Notes under the pieces: model-generated
Seen by the model: the letters and a program-made list of their open reading frames with translations, nothing else
The model's database searches: none
Told to the model about the DNA's origin: nothing
In this document: one piece after another, positions 1-8,617 of the stretch
How positions within the stretch are numbered: the stretch's first letter is position 1
Layout: each line of letters begins with the position of its first letter
DNA from: an uncultured Candidatus Peribacteria bacterium
GTDB taxonomy: Bacteria; Patescibacteriota; Gracilibacteria; UBA1369; UBA12473
Assembly (NCBI GenBank): GCA_964491515.1
Contig: CAZBGQ010000002.1
Location: 14,329 to 78,328, forward strand
Length of the DNA stretch: 64,000 nucleotides
Direction: 5' to 3'
Position numbers and translations under genes: made by a program

Positions 1-57
1 GCCAAGAAGAAATTGAGTTCCCCCAAAAAATAACCGCTAACGACTAACCCTAATCCA

Positions 58-516
58 ATGAAACCCATCGGAATTGGACAACTCAACAAAGCAAAACGAC
101 ATAGCCAACGGCATGATTTTGAACCTACAAAAACACCAGCCAAACCTAAAAAAAGCACCTCCAATTCTAAAGAAAAACAAGAGGGCCAACTGTCTGTAGA
201 CGTCTACCAAACCGACGAAGAAATTGTAATCATTGCTCCCGTTGCCGGAACTTCACCTGATGACATTTCAATCAGCATCACAGACGATGTTATCACCATC
301 AAAGGTCGACGTGACATCCCCGCCTCAGAAAACCTAGAAAACGATCGCTTCTACATCCAAGAATGTTTCTGGGGAAACTTCTCACGTTCGATTGTGCTAC
401 CTTCCGCCGTTGACACCCGCCACGTTGAAGCCAACTGTCAAAACAACATCATCACCATTCGAATTCCTAAACTAGAAAGAGTTCGCACACGCGTGGTCAA
501 AATTCAAAACGATTAA
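58..516 (+). CDS. Hsp20/alpha-crystallin family small heat-shock protein
   Basis: 152-aa ORF. Alpha-crystallin domain layout (LSVDVYQTDEEIVIIAPVAG...ITIKGRR...FYIQECFWGNFSRSIVLP...ITIRIPK) follows a basic low-complexity N-terminus. Confidence 0.85.
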   Translation: MKPIGIGQLNKAKRHSQRHDFEPTKTPAKPKKSTSNSKEKQEGQLSVDVYQTDEEIVIIAPVAGTSPDDISISITDDVITIKGRRDIPASENLENDRFYIQECFWGNFSRSIVLPSAVDTRHVEANCQNNIITIRIPKLERVRTRVVKIQND

Positions 517-545
517 TAGCCACGCACACACCTTATCCAGCCCTT

Positions 546-1424
546 ATGAAAAAAATACGTAAAGCGATCTTCCCGGCCGCTGGCTTTGGTACCAGATTTC
601 TTCCCGTCACAAAAGCTCAGCCCAAAGAAATGCTTCCTATTGTAGACAAGCCTGTCATTCAATATTTAGTCGAGGAAGCGGTGGCTGCCGGCATCGAAGA
701 AATCATCATTGTCACAGGACGAGGAAAACGTTCAATAGAAGACCATTTTGACCATTCATTTGAACTCAAACATAACTTAGTAGAAAAAGGAAAACACAAA
801 CTACTCAAAGAAGTTGCAGCCATCGAAAAACTGGCAAAATTCATCTACGTCCGCCAACCAGAACCACTTGGAGATGGTCACGCCATCCTACAGGCCAGAG
901 AAATCATCGGAGATGAACCGTTTGCTGTCATGTTTGGTGACGACGTCGTAGACAGCGAAACTCCTGCCATTAAGCAACTCATCCAAGCTCACGAAAAAAC
1001 CGGACACAGCGTCATCGGCCTCGAAAAAATACCACTAGAAGACAGCATAAAATACGGCATGGTAAAACCTAAAGCCACCGATAACCGTCTAATTGAAATA
1101 GAAAGTTTAATAGAAAAACCTGCCCCCCAAGATGCCCCCTCCGATCTTGGCATCATCGGGAAATATATATGTACTCCAGAAATTTTTCAGGAATTAGAAA
1201 AAGCTGAATCCGCAACTAAAGATGGCGAGATTAGACTCATTGATGGATTCCGTAGCTTAATCAAAAAACAACCCATCCACGGCTACCAAATCGAAGGCTC
1301 TCGCTTTGACTGCGGCACCAAACTTGGCCTCATCAAAGCCACACTCAACTGGGCACTCAAACGAAAAGACCTCGGACCAGAACTTGAAGCATACTTACAC
1401 ACCAACGGTTTTAAGGCAAATTAG
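546..1424 (+). CDS. galU: UTP--glucose-1-phosphate uridylyltransferase
   Basis: N-terminal KAIFPAAGFGTRFLPVTKAQPKEMLPIVDKPVIQY plus GDGHA and the GKY motif typical of GalU. Confidence 0.9.
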   Translation: MKKIRKAIFPAAGFGTRFLPVTKAQPKEMLPIVDKPVIQYLVEEAVAAGIEEIIIVTGRGKRSIEDHFDHSFELKHNLVEKGKHKLLKEVAAIEKLAKFIYVRQPEPLGDGHAILQAREIIGDEPFAVMFGDDVVDSETPAIKQLIQAHEKTGHSVIGLEKIPLEDSIKYGMVKPKATDNRLIEIESLIEKPAPQDAPSDLGIIGKYICTPEIFQELEKAESATKDGEIRLIDGFRSLIKKQPIHGYQIEGSRFDCGTKLGLIKATLNWALKRKDLGPELEAYLHTNGFKAN

Positions 1425-1435
1425 CCTCATGGTCC

Positions 1436-1464
1436 TTGACAAATAAGTGCTTAGCTATTTTAAT
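1436..1464 (+). promoter_or_regulatory. sigma70-like promoter (TTGACA-17-TTTAAT)
   Basis: TTGACA at 1436-1441, a 17-nt spacer, then TTTAAT at 1459-1464. It lies downstream of the GTG at 1447 that opens the track ORF, which argues for the ATG at 1486 as the true start. Confidence 0.45.
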
Positions 1465-1485
1465 GATACACTTAAAACTATCATT

Positions 1486-1872
1486 ATGGTGTCACGAGCT
1501 CCCCAACCCAGAAGAAAAATCGATATTTACAGCAAAAAGGAACTAAGTGTAATGGCCGGAGGTGGAATACATGGATTTGGAGGAGTTGCCATCTTCAAAC
1601 CCCAAGAAAACCTACCCACCAAAATCGGGCTAGAAGAAACTGATGATCCCTCATTAACATTTGGATTTATAATAGCCTATGACCATGTATCACGACTTTA
1701 TGTTAATGGAGCCAGAGCATGGATAAACCGAACACTTCCAGACGCGCCTCCAAGAAGACAAGACATCCTGGGAACCGGTAGACTTCAAATCGAATTCTTC
1801 GACTCAACAGCCATCAGAGATTTCATTCAAGATTACAGAGAACAAATAGCAAAACTAGGACTACAACTCTAA
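1486..1872 (+). CDS. hypothetical protein (start moved to ATG 1486)
   Basis: ORF 1447..1872 in the track. No recognisable motif. Its codon endings match the other + strand genes. Confidence 0.4.
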   Translation: MVSRAPQPRRKIDIYSKKELSVMAGGGIHGFGGVAIFKPQENLPTKIGLEETDDPSLTFGFIIAYDHVSRLYVNGARAWINRTLPDAPPRRQDILGTGRLQIEFFDSTAIRDFIQDYREQIAKLGLQL

Positions 1873-2861
1873 AACAACTTCTTAAGCGCTCGTCTCGATT
1901 TCCCGATTGGCTTCTTTTTTTTCTTCCTTTTTTGAGAATCCCCTAATTGAACAAGCGTCTCAGTAGGTTTCAAATCAGGCAACCCCAAACGCTTACGAAC
2001 TTTAAGCCCCGTAGGAGTAATTGCCAAACCACCCAGCGCCGTTTCCTTAATCGTAGGAGACATATTCTGACCTATACTCCACATAGCCGCAACCACTTCA
2101 TCAAAAGGGATATAACTGTCCACACCAGCCAACGACAACTCCGAGGCCGCAAACGCGGACGGACATCCAATAGCATTACGCTTGATACAAGGAACCGCAA
2201 CCAATCCACCAAGTGGATCACAAGCCACTCCCAAATAACTCTTAAGCACAATCGCTGACGCATTCATACATTCTTCCGGAGTTCCTCCTCTCATTTCTGT
2301 CACAGCCGCCGCCCCCATAGCCATCGCCGCCCCCACTTCCGCCTGACAACCGGCTGCTGCCGCAGACAATGTGGCATTTTCTGCGATGATCAATCCAACC
2401 GCAGACGCCACAAACAAACCTCTCATAACCTTTTCTGATCTCAACTTATACTCATGAGCAAAGCCAAACACTACCCCAGGAACCACCCCAGCTCCACCAG
2501 CCGTAGGAAAGGCAGCAATACGCCCCATAACCGCATTGGTTTCTCCGGTCGCAGTAGCGTACGCCATCGCACGTAAATTCAGCTTACTCATAAGACGAAT
2601 CCCCTTCGGACGACGCTTCATTTTCATAATCTTCATCGCATCTCCTCCGGCCAAATTCATAAAAGCCATTTCATTTGAATGCAACCCTGTCTTAATCGCT
2701 GCTTCCATAGTTTTACGCACCTTCCTCATCTGCGTGACAATAAACTTACGATCTTTATTTTCAAATTCCATTTCCCTTAAAATCGCAATTTCAGAAATAC
2801 ATTTTCCATGCTTCTTACACAACGCCAATAATTGCTTTGTCGTTCTAAATTGATATTCCAT
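1869..2861 (-). CDS. sdaAA: L-serine dehydratase, iron-sulfur type, alpha subunit
   Basis: GGAGVVPGVV, AAAAGCQAEVGAAMAMGAAA and ACDPLGGLVAVPCIKRN motifs. It carries an unusual Lys/Arg-rich extension of about 40 aa at the C-terminus. Confidence 0.85.
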   Translation of the reverse strand: MEYQFRTTKQLLALCKKHGKCISEIAILREMEFENKDRKFIVTQMRKVRKTMEAAIKTGLHSNEMAFMNLAGGDAMKIMKMKRRPKGIRLMSKLNLRAMAYATATGETNAVMGRIAAFPTAGGAGVVPGVVFGFAHEYKLRSEKVMRGLFVASAVGLIIAENATLSAAAAGCQAEVGAAMAMGAAAVTEMRGGTPEECMNASAIVLKSYLGVACDPLGGLVAVPCIKRNAIGCPSAFAASELSLAGVDSYIPFDEVVAAMWSIGQNMSPTIKETALGGLAITPTGLKVRKRLGLPDLKPTETLVQLGDSQKRKKKKKPIGKSRRALKKLF

Positions 2862-2862
2862 A

Positions 2863-3564
2863 TTAATTGGGGACTTTAGTTAAACAACGAACAAATTCAA
2901 CACCTTCTGTAGATTCAAGCTCTAACAATTCATCTACCAATAAACGGCGACCTAAATAATTCACAACTGAAAGACCATGACCCCCATATTTCGTACTTTC
3001 ATAGGAAGCCACCTCCAAACCAAATTTACGAATTCCATTCAATAAACCCGGCAAGGTTGAAGATTTTAAATCATGAGAACAAACCAACGTCTTATACTTA
3101 CCAGCGATCCCATGAATCTCAACATCAAACTTATCTATCTTCATAATCATCATTTTCCCACCGCCAATCGACGACCCAATAACCTCCATGGGCTTACGAC
3201 CCTTAGCCTCCAAAATAACTTTAACCGTGTTGGCATGATACTTCGCGCCCAATTCCTTAACTACAAACTCATACTCAATCCCTTTTTCCTCTGCAATTTC
3301 AAAAGAATTCTTAAGTGCCGGATCACTTGTCCTAAACCTCATTACTCCAGCCAACAATGCACGATCTGTCGCATGACCCTTATAAACCTGTCCAAAAGAT
3401 CCATGCAAAATAAAGGTCACCTTCTCAGGCGTCTTATTAAAAAGTGCCCTCGCATACTGACCAATTTTACACGCTCCCGCTGTATGAGAACTACTAGGCC
3501 CAACCATCACCGGCCCTGCAATATCGAACAGAGAATACTTTGACTCAATAGATTTAGATGACAT
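2863..3564 (-). CDS. sdaAB: L-serine dehydratase, iron-sulfur type, beta subunit (with ACT-like C-terminal domain)
   Basis: SLFDIAGPVMVGPSSSHTAGACKIG N-terminus. It sits 1 nt upstream of sdaAA on the same strand. Confidence 0.85.
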   Translation of the reverse strand: MSSKSIESKYSLFDIAGPVMVGPSSSHTAGACKIGQYARALFNKTPEKVTFILHGSFGQVYKGHATDRALLAGVMRFRTSDPALKNSFEIAEEKGIEYEFVVKELGAKYHANTVKVILEAKGRKPMEVIGSSIGGGKMMIMKIDKFDVEIHGIAGKYKTLVCSHDLKSSTLPGLLNGIRKFGLEVASYESTKYGGHGLSVVNYLGRRLLVDELLELESTEGVEFVRCLTKVPN

Positions 3565-3626
3565 ATCAACGTCTTAGTGTTGATACAAGCTTAGCAGAGA
3601 ACCCTTAGAGTAAGGCGAATAAATAA

Positions 3627-3655
3627 TTGCGGGAAAGCCATATAAATGTTATAAT
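3627..3655 (+). promoter_or_regulatory. sigma70-like promoter (TTGCGG-17-TATAAT)
   Basis: The hexamers were read directly. The -10 ends 22 nt before the ATG at 3677. Confidence 0.5.
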
Positions 3656-3676
3656 TAACAGATTTAACAAGTTTGT

Positions 3677-4192
3677 ATGGCCTCCCCCGAAAAATCACAC
3701 GAAGAAGCCCCCCCACTTAGCCGCGCCGAACAACGATCCGCTGAAACACAAGACGCCCTTGCAACACTATTGACCAAACAATTCAACAAAGGAAACCTAA
3801 CTGAACCCCGTGTCGCTGAATTTCTAAAAGCTGACCCAGAACAAGCTCTACTTGTTTTAACCGAAGTAAATCAACAAATGGCAAACGGTCTAATAGACGC
3901 ATCCGATTTCCTCGCAGTACGCAACACCATGCCCATCGCCGAAGCCGATCGCTGGTTACAAGCCAACGTACTTCGAATTGACTACCTCCTTAAATTAGAC
4001 GATTTAGGCGTACCCAAAATAGGACCATTCCGAAACAAAGTAGAAAGTGCCTACAAAATTAAAGACGCCGTGGAAAGTGCCACAGAGCTAGAAAACCTAA
4101 TTCGAAAATGGAAAAAACGCCAACGAAAAAAGGATAAACGGCACGCCGCTGCGCTCATCAAGCAGTTGGATTCTGATAGCTTGATTTCCTAA
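3677..4192 (+). CDS. hypothetical protein
   Basis: 171-aa ORF with its own promoter and a basic C-terminus. No recognisable domain. Confidence 0.5.
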   Translation: MASPEKSHEEAPPLSRAEQRSAETQDALATLLTKQFNKGNLTEPRVAEFLKADPEQALLVLTEVNQQMANGLIDASDFLAVRNTMPIAEADRWLQANVLRIDYLLKLDDLGVPKIGPFRNKVESAYKIKDAVESATELENLIRKWKKRQRKKDKRHAAALIKQLDSDSLIS

Positions 4193-4209
4193 TTCTAATC
4201 TGATATAAT
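4181..4209 (+). promoter_or_regulatory. sigma70-like promoter (TTGATT-17-TATAAT)
   Basis: The hexamers were read directly. It lies upstream of the TPR gene. Confidence 0.5.
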
Positions 4210-4266
4210 GATTAGATTTCGAAATTATCGACATCAAAACAAAAACAAAATTAACAATCCACCCAA

Positions 4267-4896
4267 ATGGATCTTCATGACTTCAACCAGGATCTCAGCC
4301 CCTATCAGACACTCATCCTAGAGGCAGACAAAAAAAAGGTCGAAGGACGACACGAAGAAGCCATCAAAATTTGTGAAACCATTCTTCATCACGATTTAGA
4401 ATGCGTAGAAGCATTAGAAGAAATCGGAGACAACTACTTAAGCCTTCGAGAATATCCCAAAGCAAAAAAAGCATTAGATCGTGCCGTTGGACTAGCCCCC
4501 TACAGCGCCAATGCTAACTACCTTCTTGGATTCACCTACTCCGCCCTTGGAAACTGGAAAAAATCAGTCAAACTTCTTGAAAGTGCTGATCAAATTCAAG
4601 GCAACCACCCTGAAATTCTAAGATGTCTTGGATGGTCTGTTTTCCATAATGGACAACGAAAACGTGGAATCATCATATTAGAACGAGCCTTAGCCATGAC
4701 ACCAAACGACTGTCTCATCATGTGCGACCTAGCCGTCTGCTACCTAAACGAACGAGAATTCAACAAAACAGTGAATCTACTTCGACGCGCCCTCGCCCTA
4801 GAGCCAGACAACCAAAAAGCTAAAGAATGTCTTGAAACCGCCATTTTCTTTCAAAAAGAATATGGGAAACTAAAGAGCAAAGAAAAAAAGAACTAA
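4267..4896 (+). CDS. tetratricopeptide (TPR) repeat protein
   Basis: Repeated 34-aa units with the A/Y/G/P pattern (ALEEIGDNYLSLREYPKAKKALDRAVGLAP, ANANYLLGFTYSALGNWKKSVKLLE, and others). Confidence 0.7.
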   Translation: MDLHDFNQDLSPYQTLILEADKKKVEGRHEEAIKICETILHHDLECVEALEEIGDNYLSLREYPKAKKALDRAVGLAPYSANANYLLGFTYSALGNWKKSVKLLESADQIQGNHPEILRCLGWSVFHNGQRKRGIIILERALAMTPNDCLIMCDLAVCYLNEREFNKTVNLLRRALALEPDNQKAKECLETAIFFQKEYGKLKSKEKKN

Positions 4897-5409
4897 TTAC
4901 TTCCTTCTTTCCTTAAAATCACGTCGTAATCGCCGACGCTGACATTTTCGACGAGCCCTCCCCTCTTTTCCCTGTGCCACACAAGCACGAAGCGAGGTTG
5001 AAACAAGTCTTTCAATTTCAGTCAAAACACGATTGTTTTCATCAATAACCGCCTCCGGCGTATCTTTCTTAACAAATTCAGCTTCATACAAATCATCAAA
5101 CCATCCATGAGGCCCCTTTGCCAATAAATCACTCGCATCTGGAGACATCCAAGGACACACTTCAACCAAACTATTGCGTGCATTCCAACAAGAAACCCAT
5201 ACTTGATTGGCCACAAACAAATCACCCTTCTGGCGAGCTTCCCTTAGATTAACCTCATCATCACATGAATTGGTAAGAATTCGACCCGGATCCTTTTCTG
5301 CGGTTTCTTTAGCCAAAAGTTCAGCATCTATATCACCAGAAAACAATTCGGACGGTGTTAACGTAGCCAATCCAATAGTCAACGCTAATACTCGGGAGGA
5401 AGGTTTCAT
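4897..5409 (-). CDS. hypothetical secreted protein
   Basis: N-terminal signal-like segment MKPSSRVLALTIGLATLTP, several Cys residues and an Arg-rich tail. Confidence 0.45.
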   Translation of the reverse strand: MKPSSRVLALTIGLATLTPSELFSGDIDAELLAKETAEKDPGRILTNSCDDEVNLREARQKGDLFVANQVWVSCWNARNSLVEVCPWMSPDASDLLAKGPHGWFDDLYEAEFVKKDTPEAVIDENNRVLTEIERLVSTSLRACVAQGKEGRARRKCQRRRLRRDFKERRK

Positions 5410-5438
5410 GATAAGTCATTTTACCACAGAAAATGGGT

Positions 5439-5467
5439 TTGACAAATCAACCCAAGCAACCCATAAT
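5439..5467 (+). promoter_or_regulatory. promoter of rnpB (TTGACA-17-CATAAT)
   Basis: A perfect -35 with a 17-nt spacer. The -10 ends 8 nt before the predicted P1 5' end at 5476. Confidence 0.6.
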
Positions 5468-5475
5468 TGCGATCC

Positions 5476-5844
5476 GGAGAACATCTGAACGATCGCCCTT
5501 TGACTTGTTCATAGGGAGGAAAGTCCGAGCAGTTCAACACAGGAAAGTCGCTAACGGCGACCGTGGTCGATTAAGAGTCGGCCATAGGGAAAGTGCCACA
5601 GAGACGAGCCCACATTGTGGGAGTGAAACGCTCTAATTCCGCTCTCGAGCGGGGTGATGGGGCCCTCAGGGCGACCTGAGAACGCTGGTAAACCCTTTCT
5701 GCTGCAAGGTGAGATGGAGGTTTGGACCCACTCGCGTGTTGCGAGCCAAATCTCTCACTGCACGAGGTGGTCAGCAATGACCATCCCAGATAGATGATCG
5801 TATCCTTCACGGGACACAGAACTCGGCTTATGATGATGTTCTCC
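5476..5844 (+). ncRNA. rnpB: RNase P RNA, bacterial type A
   Basis: Universal P4 halves GGGAGGAAAGTCCGAGC (5514-5530) and ACAGAACTCGGCTTAT (5817-5831), plus GGTAAACCC and CAGATAGATGATCG motifs. The P1 stem GGAGAACATC (5476-5485) pairs with GATGTTCTCC (5835-5844). Confidence 0.88.
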
Positions 5845-5899
5845 TCAAAAACTAGACTTTCCCTCGCAAATTCAACCAATCAGCGCTATCTTTTAAACA

Positions 5900-7348
5900 A
5901 TGAAAAAGTCTGAAATTCTTCTTGGTCTTGCACGAATTCCCGTCGACTTCGGGATGGCCATGTTGGCATTTATTATCGCCTACCATATTCGTCAAAACAC
6001 CGATCTTATTCCCGGACTTTATTTCCCGATAGATCAACTCAGCTTCCCAAATTTGCAGGAATATCTAATTCTCGCGAGCATGGCAAGTATCGCATTGATC
6101 ACTATCTTTGCGATCAATCAAATGTACACACTCCGCAACACAGCACGTATAGGAAACGAACTACTAAAAGTTCTATTTCTCTCCGCAGCCTGGCTCATGC
6201 TCATCATTGCCTACTACTTTGTCACACGCGAGTTTTTCTTCTCTCGTTTAGTACTAGGATACGCCTGGATATTAACCATGATTCTTGTCTCTTGTGGCCG
6301 CATTTTAATTCGTATTTTTCAACGCTATTTAGCTAAATTAGGAATTGGAAAACGACGCGTATTATTTCTTGGAGGGAATATTCTAACGCAACGAATCGCC
6401 AAAAAGTTTAAAACCATTCCTTCCTACAAAATCATCGGTTATCTTTCATCTAAAAAAACGAAAAAGCTTGAAGGATTACGTCATATCGGGACCATAAAAG
6501 ATCTTGAAGACATCGTTCAACGTAGAAAAATTGAAGAAATTGTCCAAACTCAATCCGATCTTTCCGAGGCACGCGCCCATGAAATCGTAGACTTCTGTCG
6601 AGAACATCACATCAAATACCATTTTGTACCGGATATCCTACAAGTACATCGCACTCAAGTAGATGTGTTCAACATTTCAGGATTACCACTTATTTCACTA
6701 AAAACCACCCCTCTCGATGGATGGGGCAAAGTCATCAAACGCCTAGTCGATCTTATCCTTTCATGCCTGCTACTGATCCTGCTACTGCCACTATTCATCC
6801 TCATTGCCATTGGCATTAAAATAGATTCAAAAGGCCCGATTTTATTCACACAAAAAGACAACGGAGAACAAGTCCAACGAGTCGGCTTTCAGGGAAGACG
6901 ATTCAATTTCTACAAATTTCGTACCATGAGAAACAAAACCGACAACCTTCGCTATACCAAACTAGCCGACCAAGATCACCGAAAAGATTCCCCTCTTGTA
7001 AAGATAAAAAATGACCCACGTGTTACACGATTTGGAAAACTTTTACGCCGCTGGAGCTTAGATGAACTCCCCCAACTTTGGAGCGTTTTCAAGGGAGACA
7101 TGAGCCTCATCAGTCCACGCGCACACCTCCCAGAAGAAGTTGCAAAATATCAGAAACATCATAAATTTCTTCTTTCTATCAAACCAGGAATTACAGGCCT
7201 CGCCCAAGTCAACGGCCGTTCCGATCTCGATTTCGAAAAAGAAGTTCGCCTCGATACCTACTACATCGAGAACTGGTCCCTCCTCCTCGACTTAAAAATC
7301 CTCTTCCAAACCATTTTTGTAGTACTAGGGGGAAAAGGAGCAGACTAG
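5900..7348 (+). CDS. polyprenyl-phosphate glycosyl-1-phosphate transferase (WbaP/EpsB-type bacterial sugar transferase)
   Basis: N-terminal TM segments, a central nucleotide-binding-like domain and a C-terminal catalytic domain (RFGKLLRRWSLDELPQLWSVFKGDMSLISPRA ... GITGLAQVNGR). Confidence 0.85.
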   Translation: MKKSEILLGLARIPVDFGMAMLAFIIAYHIRQNTDLIPGLYFPIDQLSFPNLQEYLILASMASIALITIFAINQMYTLRNTARIGNELLKVLFLSAAWLMLIIAYYFVTREFFFSRLVLGYAWILTMILVSCGRILIRIFQRYLAKLGIGKRRVLFLGGNILTQRIAKKFKTIPSYKIIGYLSSKKTKKLEGLRHIGTIKDLEDIVQRRKIEEIVQTQSDLSEARAHEIVDFCREHHIKYHFVPDILQVHRTQVDVFNISGLPLISLKTTPLDGWGKVIKRLVDLILSCLLLILLLPLFILIAIGIKIDSKGPILFTQKDNGEQVQRVGFQGRRFNFYKFRTMRNKTDNLRYTKLADQDHRKDSPLVKIKNDPRVTRFGKLLRRWSLDELPQLWSVFKGDMSLISPRAHLPEEVAKYQKHHKFLLSIKPGITGLAQVNGRSDLDFEKEVRLDTYYIENWSLLLDLKILFQTIFVVLGGKGAD

Positions 7349-7395
7349 AACTGGTAAAAAATATTTAAGATTTATTACAACACTAATAAGACTCT

Positions 7396-7405
7396 CCCCC
7401 CCCCC
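7396..7405. repeat. C10 homopolymer tract
   Basis: Ten consecutive C were counted directly. The tract sits just upstream of the candidate promoter of the 7479 gene. Confidence 0.9.
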
Positions 7406-7413
7406 GGACCTCT

Positions 7414-7441
7414 TTCACCAGAAAAGAGTAAAGGGTAATAT
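7414..7441 (+). promoter_or_regulatory. candidate promoter (TTCACC-16-TAATAT)
   Basis: The hexamers were read directly. The same TAATAT -10 is seen at two other candidate promoters in the window. Confidence 0.35.
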
Positions 7442-7478
7442 ACGAAAGAAATTATTTTATACATTTATCCCTCCCCAA

Positions 7479-8459
7479 ATGAAACGTCTCATTTCATGGT
7501 CACTCATGACCTCACTTTTAACCATGACCTTAGTGGCCATACCACTATTTAGCCAAGTTGCTTTTGCCGTCGCCAACGACATCTCATTAATTCAAGTTAA
7601 TTTAGGCGATAGCAGCTATGATAACTATGATCATTTAACCGTTAAATTCAATGACGTTCTCGGAGACTTAAACAAAATAGCCTGTACCCATTATGAGGGC
7701 ACCACTTGTTTTGATGCAAGTGCCGATTTAACTTTAGGAGGCCAATTTGCCGGAGACACCGTACGAGAAATGTGGAAAGATCCCCTCGAATCACGTCTCA
7801 TACACATCGTGTTCACAGCCGATAATACCTTCACCGACATCACCAATATATCCATACGATTTGACAATGGAGTGGCCGACACCGCATACACCCCCGCCTC
7901 CACCGCAGATGACTGGGTGGTAATAACGGACGGTGTTGTAAAAACAAGCGGAACTATAAATTTCGATGGAGATGCTGACGACGATGGATACATCGAAATG
8001 CAAATTCTAAATGGAGGAACCGGCCTAAACGGAACCGGAGCCCTTCCTAGTTGTCCCGCCAGCCCTGTAAATATTGCAGACAACGTAGCTGGGGCCACCT
8101 GCTACAACACATCAAGTATTACTTTCGCTCAATGGGGACACAGCGCAACAGTTGCAACCCCAGATGCACTCTTCTATGGAGACGTTCAAGGAAGCGTACG
8201 ATTATGGGCAGTATGGGACGACGAAGATCCTACCACCGGCGCAAGCGAAGGCGACACATGGCAAGCCATCAATGCTGGATTTGGAGGGATCCCAACATCA
8301 GACCCAGACAGTTTTGATTATGTCTTTTCCTACACCCCCGTCGCCGGCGCCGTCCCAGAAATGGGAACCTGGGCTATGATCCTAGCCACCACCGTACTGC
8401 TTGGAATGGCTTATTCCATCACTTCCCCCAACAAAAAATCACGTCCATTAGCCACATAA
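7479..8459 (+). CDS. secreted protein with PEP-CTERM-like C-terminal anchor
   Basis: Signal peptide ending ...FSQVAFAVAN. The C-terminus reads VPEMGTW, then a 16-aa hydrophobic stretch, then KKSR. Confidence 0.6.
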   Translation: MKRLISWSLMTSLLTMTLVAIPLFSQVAFAVANDISLIQVNLGDSSYDNYDHLTVKFNDVLGDLNKIACTHYEGTTCFDASADLTLGGQFAGDTVREMWKDPLESRLIHIVFTADNTFTDITNISIRFDNGVADTAYTPASTADDWVVITDGVVKTSGTINFDGDADDDGYIEMQILNGGTGLNGTGALPSCPASPVNIADNVAGATCYNTSSITFAQWGHSATVATPDALFYGDVQGSVRLWAVWDDEDPTTGASEGDTWQAINAGFGGIPTSDPDSFDYVFSYTPVAGAVPEMGTWAMILATTVLLGMAYSITSPNKKSRPLAT

Positions 8460-8487
8460 TCAAAAATTCAATACATATTTTAAGATT

Positions 8488-8521
8488 GAGGGCGATCATC
8501 ATTGAATCCGCCCTCTTTTTT
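8488..8521 (+). terminator. rho-independent terminator
   Basis: A 7-bp GC-rich stem GAGGGCG/CGCCCTC with a 14-nt loop, followed by T6. Confidence 0.65.
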
Positions 8522-8582
8522 ATAAAGATTCAAGAAAGGTCAGATGGAAAAAAAACAAATTAACAAGTACAATACCCACGAT

Positions 8583-8617
8583 CTAAAAACTAAAAACTAT
8601 CAACTAAAAACTACAAA
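8583..8617. repeat. heptamer-periodic TAAAAAC element, copy 1
   Basis: C TAAAAAC TAAAAAC TATCAAC TAAAAAC TACAAAA, abutting the secA ATG. Confidence 0.7.

Noticed and set aside
1869-1990. Lys/Arg-rich C-terminal tails on SdaAA (KRKKKKKPIGKSRRALKKLF, encoded partly by an A8 run at 1915-1922), on the 4897 ORF and on the PHP protein. I considered them as functional extensions or slippage sites.
   Set aside because: They are probably late stop codons in purine-rich or A-rich gene ends. There is no independent evidence of function, so the tails are noted but not claimed.
1947-2258. Long antisense or alternate-frame ORFs in the track. Examples are 1947-2258, 2536-2853, 3073-3543, 26629-27063, 38845-39168, 51943-52281 and 59911-60441.
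   Set aside because: All lie inside well-supported genes. Their products are low-complexity (Arg/His/Ser/Pro/Asn-rich) with no motifs. The strong strand compositional bias removes stop codons in the G-poor strand, which explains their length.
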